A stretch of 64,000 nucleotides of DNA from Selenomonas ruminantium (GTDB taxonomy: Bacteria; Bacillota; Negativicutes; Selenomonadales; Selenomonadaceae): contig DFHU01000022.1 of assembly GCA_002373045.1 (NCBI GenBank), positions 8,077-72,076 of the forward strand, written 5' to 3'. Shown piece by piece: positions 58,056 through 64,000 of this stretch. Both the position numbers and the translations under genes were made by a program. The notes beneath the pieces are model-generated. The model was not told the DNA's origin. It saw only the letters and a list, made by a program, of their open reading frames with translations, and made no database searches. Numbering within the stretch: position 1 is the stretch's first letter; each line of letters begins with the position of its first letter.

Positions 58056-59180
58056 ATGAACAGAAGAACGTTTATCATGGGAGGATTGGGAACTTTGGGG
58101 ATAGTGGCTGGTGGCGGGGCGCTCTTTACGCAACGGCCGGAGTTTGGCCGACTGCCGCAGGGGGAGCGGCTGGAACGGATGCAGGCATCGCCGCATTATG
58201 TAAATGGCAAGTTTCAAAACCTTGTGCCTGTACAGGTCATGAATGAAGCGAATGGCGAAAATCGCTTTGTGGCGATGGCGAAATTCCTGTTTGGTGATAA
58301 GTCGCATTTATCCCCGAAGCAGGCGATGCTATCTAAGAAGACGGACTTGCACAGCTTGAATCCGCAGGAAGATATCGTTGTCTGGCTGGGGCATTCCAGC
58401 TTCTTTATGCAGCTGGGGGGCTATCGTATATTAATTGACCCAGTGTTCAGTCCCTATGCTTCGCCGCTGTTTTTCATCAACAAGGCTTTTCCGGGCAGCA
58501 ATGTCTATAGCGCAGAGGATATGCCGGAGATTGATGTATTGGCCATTTCTCATGACCATTGGGACCACTTGGACTATCCTACGATAATGGCGCTAAAGCC
58601 GAAGGTGAAACATATTGTCTGTCCGTTAGGTGTGGGCGAATACTTTGAGGGCTGGGGCTTTGATAAAGAACTTTTGCATGAAGAAGATTGGGATACGGAG
58701 ATTAAACTGGCAGATGATTTGTCTGTGCATATTCTGCCGTCGCAGCATTTTTCCGGACGGTTCCTGACGTCTAATCCGACGCTTTGGTGTGGTTTTGCCT
58801 TTGTAACTCCGCAGCGCAAGGTCTATTATACCGGCGATGGCGGTTATGGTGAGCATTTTAAGGCTATCGGCCGCAAATTTGGCGGCTTTGACCTGATGCT
58901 CGGCGAAAATGGCCAGTATAACATGGCCTGGCATGCCATTCACATGTTGCCGGAGGAAACAGCACAGGCAGCGGTGGATGTGGGCGCAAAACAATTATTG
59001 CCTGCTCATGGCGGCAAGTTTGCCCTGTCCCGGCACCCCTGGCAGGAACCCTATCGGGAACTGACCAAAGCCAGTCGTGGCAAAGGTTATCAGCTGGTGA
59101 CGCCCGAGATAGGGGAATTGGCGTATATTGACAGCCATAAAAATACGCTGTTTACCCCTTGGTGGGAAAACATGGAATAA
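58056..59180 (+). CDS. Tat-exported MBL-fold hydrolase (RomA-like)
   Basis: MNRRTFI twin-Arg; WLGHSS, SHDHWDHLD. Confidence 0.88.
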   Translation: MNRRTFIMGGLGTLGIVAGGGALFTQRPEFGRLPQGERLERMQASPHYVNGKFQNLVPVQVMNEANGENRFVAMAKFLFGDKSHLSPKQAMLSKKTDLHSLNPQEDIVVWLGHSSFFMQLGGYRILIDPVFSPYASPLFFINKAFPGSNVYSAEDMPEIDVLAISHDHWDHLDYPTIMALKPKVKHIVCPLGVGEYFEGWGFDKELLHEEDWDTEIKLADDLSVHILPSQHFSGRFLTSNPTLWCGFAFVTPQRKVYYTGDGGYGEHFKAIGRKFGGFDLMLGENGQYNMAWHAIHMLPEETAQAAVDVGAKQLLPAHGGKFALSRHPWQEPYRELTKASRGKGYQLVTPEIGELAYIDSHKNTLFTPWWENME

Positions 59181-59316
59181 ATAGACCGTAAAAGGCGTGG
59201 ATTAAATTTTGATTAAATTTAATCCACGCTTATTTACAGCGGATCTTTTTTACGTTATATTGATTTTGGGATATGGAAAAGATGTAACGATATATGATGG
59301 ATAGATGATGATAATA

Positions 59317-59781
59317 TCAAGAGTTCAGTGTTTGGCATTCTAAGTTGAGTAAAGCTTTTTTCATCTCCAGCCCAAACGCATAGCCGGTCAGTTCTCCATT
59401 GCTGCCGACAACGCGGTGGCAGGGGATGAGGATAGCAAGAGGATTAGCCCCTACGGCCCGGCCTGTTGCCTGAAAGGCGCGCGGTTTATCAATAGCCTGT
59501 GCGATGTCCTTGTAGGTAACGGTCTGTCCGTAGGGGATTTTTGCGATTTGCGTCCAAACTGCCTGTTGGAAGCTGGTTCCGTTGAGGGCATAAGGCACGG
59601 TAAACACTGTGCGCTTACCGGCAAAGTATTTCTGCAGCTGGCGATAGACTTCCGCGCTAAGGGTCGTAGGCTGATTTGGCTCGTCCTGTTTGGATACAAT
59701 ACTGACAAGGATAACTTTTCCATCAGCAGCGCCGATTTTCAGCAGGCCGAAGGGGCTTTTGTAAAAGGCGTAGGTAGTCAT
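59317..59781 (-). CDS. ogt: Methylated-DNA-protein-cysteine methyltransferase
   Basis: IPYGQT, IPCHRVV. Confidence 0.95.
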   Translation of the reverse strand: MTTYAFYKSPFGLLKIGAADGKVILVSIVSKQDEPNQPTTLSAEVYRQLQKYFAGKRTVFTVPYALNGTSFQQAVWTQIAKIPYGQTVTYKDIAQAIDKPRAFQATGRAVGANPLAILIPCHRVVGSNGELTGYAFGLEMKKALLNLECQTLNS

Positions 59782-59880
59782 AAAATGGTCCTTTCAATAG
59801 AGAATTTAACAAATCAATACAAAAGTATTATAATATAGCAGGGGAAAAAGATAAATATTATGTATGTGGGAGGTTATTAA

Positions 59881-61803
59881 ATGAAAGGGTCTATGCGAAA
59901 AATGCTTTGTTTAGGGCTTACGGCGCTGTCCATGGGCGTGATGATGCCGGGGGCAATGGCTGCGGAAAAGGCGGCGATTACCCTGCCGCAAAAGATGGCC
60001 AATGGGGAAACGGTTGAAGTCTATTATCGCAAGGGATTGCCGCTTACAGCGGCGCGCGCTCGTGCTGCGGAACTGAAACAGGAAACGATGGTGCTTAAAG
60101 CGGGCTCTATTCGTCGTGAAGGTTCCAAGCCGCTTACTTGCGATATTTTGTTTGAAAAAGATGTGCCCGTAACCCTGCGTGACGGCACGGTTATCTATAC
60201 GGATATTTTTCGTCCGGTAGACGAGGAAAAACATCCGGCAATTATGGCGTGGAGTCCTTATGGCAAGGAAATCGGCGGCCAGTGGCTCGACGATGTGCCG
60301 GGAAGGGCGGGCGTTCCACAGGCGGCGACTTCCGGCTTGGAAAAATTTGAAGCACCGGACCCGGCATATTGGGTGGCACAGGGCTATGTCATCATCAATC
60401 CCGACAGCCGCGGGGCCTATCATTCGGAGGGGAACTTAAACTACTGGGGCAGTCAGAATTCTAAAGATGGCTATGATACGATTGAGTGGGCGGCTACGCA
60501 GCCCTGGTCAAATGGCAAAATCGGCATGTCAGGCAATTCCTGGCTGACGGTTTCGCAATGGTTTATTGCCGGCGAACAGCCGCCGCATTTAGCGGCCATT
60601 GCCCCGTGGGAAGGTTTTGTTGACCATTTCCGCGAAACGGCCAATCGTGGGGGAATTCCGAATCCCGTATTCCCCGAGGGGATTTTTGAAACCTTTGCCA
60701 GCAAGAATTACATTGAAGACCAGCCGCGCATGGTCGTGACGCATACGCTCTTGGACGCCTACTGGCAGGATAAGATTGCCAAGCTGCAAAACATCCACAT
60801 TCCGGCCTATGTCGTGGCCAGCTTTACCAATCCAGTGCATACGCATGGCACCTTCGCCGGTTTCCGTCAGATTCCCAGCAAGAATAAATGGCTGCGCGTC
60901 CACAACACCAATGAATGGGCCGATTACTACCAGCCCGAACATGTGGAGGACTTGCGCAAGTTCTTTGACCATTACTTAAAGGGCGTGGCCAATGACTGGG
61001 AAAAGACGCCGCGCGTGCGCCTGTCGGTTCTCGACCCCGGTCATAAAGACGTAGTGGACAGAGTTGAGCAGGAATTCCCGTTGGCGAGAACGCAGTATAA
61101 AAAGCTGTATCTGACCAGTCAAAAGACATTGGCAGGGACAAATGAGGCGCAGGAGCAAATCATCAGCTACGATACGCAGGCAGAACAGCCAGCGGTCAAC
61201 TTTGTGCTGAACTTTGACCAGGATACGGAGCTTACCGGCTATATGAACCTGCATACCTATGTGGAAGCTGACGGTGCTGATGATATGGAACTGCAGGTCA
61301 CGGTGCAAAAGCTGGATAAGGACGGCAAGGTGATCACTGACCCCATGACGCATATGCCGGTCTTTTCTGAAGGATATTTGCGCGTATCCCAGCGGGCTTT
61401 GGATGAGGAAAAATCCACGCCGGCCGAACCGGTCTTAAAACATACCCATGAGGATTTACTGAAAAAAGGCGAGATTGTGCCCGTGGATATTGGCATCTGG
61501 CCGATGGGCATGAAATACCATGCCGGCGAAAAACTGCAGCTTACCATAGCCGCCTACCAGCCGCCTAAGGCTGACAGCGTACCACCATTTGGCATAGCAA
61601 AGATTGCTGTTCCCGCCGAGGGATATACCTTTATGCCGGACGAAAAAACAGCCATGAAAACTTTAGGCGGCAACCATACCGAAGTTACCCATCCGGAACG
61701 GACTGTCAAGGCGCCGGCGACCCGCAATAAAGGAAAGCACATTATCCATGTTGGAGGCAAATATGACAGCTATTTGTTAGTGCCGGTAGTGCCGGAAAAA
61801 TAA
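59881..61803 (+). CDS. CocE/NonD (S15) family hydrolase, secreted
   Basis: LRDGTVIYTDIFRP, QPWSNGKIGMSGNSW. Confidence 0.9.
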   Translation: MKGSMRKMLCLGLTALSMGVMMPGAMAAEKAAITLPQKMANGETVEVYYRKGLPLTAARARAAELKQETMVLKAGSIRREGSKPLTCDILFEKDVPVTLRDGTVIYTDIFRPVDEEKHPAIMAWSPYGKEIGGQWLDDVPGRAGVPQAATSGLEKFEAPDPAYWVAQGYVIINPDSRGAYHSEGNLNYWGSQNSKDGYDTIEWAATQPWSNGKIGMSGNSWLTVSQWFIAGEQPPHLAAIAPWEGFVDHFRETANRGGIPNPVFPEGIFETFASKNYIEDQPRMVVTHTLLDAYWQDKIAKLQNIHIPAYVVASFTNPVHTHGTFAGFRQIPSKNKWLRVHNTNEWADYYQPEHVEDLRKFFDHYLKGVANDWEKTPRVRLSVLDPGHKDVVDRVEQEFPLARTQYKKLYLTSQKTLAGTNEAQEQIISYDTQAEQPAVNFVLNFDQDTELTGYMNLHTYVEADGADDMELQVTVQKLDKDGKVITDPMTHMPVFSEGYLRVSQRALDEEKSTPAEPVLKHTHEDLLKKGEIVPVDIGIWPMGMKYHAGEKLQLTIAAYQPPKADSVPPFGIAKIAVPAEGYTFMPDEKTAMKTLGGNHTEVTHPERTVKAPATRNKGKHIIHVGGKYDSYLLVPVVPEK

Positions 61804-62101
61804 ATAGCTCAAAGTAGATTGCGCATACGAAAAGCCGCAGGCACTCAGACCTGCGGCTTTTATCATATAATTCCTTTACCTGCAAAGCTTCCCCACTCTT
61901 GAAGGCATGTGTATGTGTCATCACTTCCCCAAGTGACAAAAGCTATTATACGATTCGATACTAGCGGGGGCAATACCACCTAAGTATGAAATTGATTACA
62001 TAATACTACTTTGGTGGTAATATCGAGGGAATTTGCTGTGAAATATTAAACATGATATAATTTTATCATAGACAATTTATGTTTTTTAGAGGAGGCCTTT
62101 T

Positions 62102-62567
62102 ATGAACTTTTTACGCATAAGTAAGGAAGCACTGTCACTGGCAATGGCTTATGTAGGCGTATTGGTCGGTGCTGCCTAATGTATGGCTGGCGGTAATTAA
62201 CTATTTTGCCCTCTGTGCGATGAACGGTGTGTCGATGGCGTTTGTGCTGGGCGGTTCGGTGGTGCTGACCGTGGCCTGGTTTGAAGAACGGGAAAACATC
62301 GTCCGGGAAAAATTCCTGCGCCGCAAGATGATGCGGCTCCTGTTCCGCAAGTACGATGATGACTATGCGTTTACGGCAAAGCACAAAAAAGATTTCCATA
62401 AGCTCGGCGAAATGTCTGTGGCCGATACGAAGGGGGGGGAACAGGATATCAAATCCTATGTAAAAGATGTGGTGGAAAACACCGACGATTTGCAGACATA
62501 TGCCAAGGAAAATCTGTCGATGGAGGGTTCGCCCTTGAAAAAGAGGAAAAAACCAACAAATAGCTAA
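62102..62567 (+). pseudogene. Internally deleted YkvI-like membrane protein
   Basis: GGAGG-ATG 62102 gives LAMAYVGVLVGA then stop; C-terminal part continues in another frame. Confidence 0.55.
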
Positions 62568-62601
62568 GTGATAATGGTGATTATATTTTGGAGGTAGGAA
62601 G

Positions 62602-63009
62602 ATGGAAGCAGTAAATGCAAGGGCCGAAAAAGCCGTGGAGTACAAGCACAATCGTTGCAATTGTGCACAGGCGGTATTGCTAGCCTATGAAGATGAACTG
62701 GGCAGACCCGCAGAGGATATCCTGGCCATGGGCTCCGGCTTTGGCTCGGGTATGGGCGGCATGGAAGGAACCTGCGGTGCGTTATGCGGGGCGGTCATGG
62801 CATTGGGCCTGCTCAATAAATCCGATACGCCCAGCAAGATGATTGCGAAAGATATGTTGCAGGAATTCAAGGAAATGTCCGGTGGGGCGACAATCTGCCG
62901 GGAGTTAAAGGGCATAGGCACCGGGAAAATGCTCTGCGCCTGTGATGACTGTGTGCGTCATGGCGTGTTGGTGTTGGAAAGCCGTTTGGCCGGTATCGGC
63001 TGCAAATAA
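62602..63009 (+). CDS. C-GCAxxG-C-C family protein
   Basis: NCAQAV, GTCGALCG, CRELKG, C..CV. Confidence 0.9.
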   Translation: MEAVNARAEKAVEYKHNRCNCAQAVLLAYEDELGRPAEDILAMGSGFGSGMGGMEGTCGALCGAVMALGLLNKSDTPSKMIAKDMLQEFKEMSGGATICRELKGIGTGKMLCACDDCVRHGVLVLESRLAGIGCK

Positions 63010-63175
63010 ATGACCGGAAAATCCACGGGAGTTTCTTCAGGGAACTTCCGTGGATTTTTTATATAGAGGGGATAAAGGATTTTATGTTGATGGGGCGAAA
63101 TAAAGTCATATACAAGTCACATAGGGAGAATAAAATTGAAGCGAATAAGTGATTTTCTATGTGAAGGGGGCGCCT

Positions 63176-63859
63176 ATGTTTTCAATATTAGTAGCGGAGG
63201 ATGACCGCAATCTCAACCGCATGATTTGTGCGAAGCTCAAACAGGAGCAGTATCATGTCTTTCCGGCTTTTGATGGGCAGGAGGCGTTGGATATTATGGA
63301 GCGGGAGCATATTGACCTCGTCATCAGCGATGTGATGATGCCCCGGATGGATGGGCTGGAACTCACGGCAGCTCTGCGCGGCGCGAAAATGGATTTGCCC
63401 ATCTTAATCATCACCGCCAAAGGGCAGATGGAGGATATGGAGCGGGGCTTCCGGGCGGGGACGGACGATTATATGGTTAAGCCGATTCAGCTTCGGGAAC
63501 TCATGCTGCGCGTGGGCGCGTTATTGCGCCGGGCGCAGCTGATGAGTGAAAAGCGGCTGACGATTCGGGGCACGATTCTTGACTATGCATCCCTTACGGT
63601 GCAGACGGGAGAGCAGACCGATACTTTGCCGCCCAAGGAGTTTTATCTGCTGTTCAAGCTGCTCAATCAGCCGGGCAAAATTTTTACCCGGCAGGAGCTG
63701 TTGGACGAGATTTGGGGCGTGGACAAGGATACGGACAGCCGCAATGTGGATGCCCATATCAAAAAACTGCGTCACCGCTTCGCCGCTAATCCCGACTTTG
63801 CCATTGAAACGGTGCGGGGCTTGGGGTATAAGGCGGTATTTAAGGATGAAACGTCATGA
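63176..63859 (+). CDS. OmpR-family response regulator
   Basis: AEDD, DVMMP, DDYMVKP, ETVRGLGY. Confidence 0.95.
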   Translation: MFSILVAEDDRNLNRMICAKLKQEQYHVFPAFDGQEALDIMEREHIDLVISDVMMPRMDGLELTAALRGAKMDLPILIITAKGQMEDMERGFRAGTDDYMVKPIQLRELMLRVGALLRRAQLMSEKRLTIRGTILDYASLTVQTGEQTDTLPPKEFYLLFKLLNQPGKIFTRQELLDEIWGVDKDTDSRNVDAHIKKLRHRFAANPDFAIETVRGLGYKAVFKDETS

Positions 63860-64000
63860 AGAAACAGCTTATTTTGCCCCTGCGGCTCTACCACAGCCTG
63901 ACCACCTTGCTCACATTGGCCTTGTGCTGTGGCGTGTCCAGTTTGTTGGTCTATCTGTTGGACAGTCTGACGGGGCTGCAATTGGAACTGCCGGTAGCAC
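63856..64000 (+). CDS. Probable sensor kinase N-terminus (truncated by window)
   Basis: ATGA overlap with regulator; TM segment. Confidence 0.6.
   Translation, partial: MKKQLILPLRLYHSLTTLLTLALCCGVSSLLVYLLDSLTGLQLELPVA

Overview
This window looks like a Negativicutes (Selenomonas-like, inferred) chromosome segment. Host genes at the left are a GntP permease, a VanW protein and groESL. Host genes at the right are dacA, a SAM methyltransferase, a CorC-like protein, cydABDC, an MBL hydrolase, ogt, a CocE hydrolase and a two-component system. Between them is a ~43.7 kb contractile-tail (PBSX/Xkd-like) prophage integrated into the last codons of groEL (17-bp core GCCGGGCATGATGTAAT at 4218 and 47880). 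The core genes show lesions: an in-frame TAG in the tail tube, a frameshifted PcfJ gene, a deleted helicase-methylase and an H-to-Q change in the integrase. The left-end accessory region is intact and holds the most interesting candidates. These are (i) an AT-rich GHKL kinase-STAS(DUF4325)-PIN operon between attL and int, (ii) a PBECR-fold nuclease gene with its own promoter/terminator-bounded multi-stem RNA, (iii) an orphan PemK/MazF gene with a dedicated downstream sRNA, and (iv) repeated boundary or bidirectional expression cassettes that create sense/antisense gene pairs. All family assignments come from motif recognition by eye; no database searches were run.
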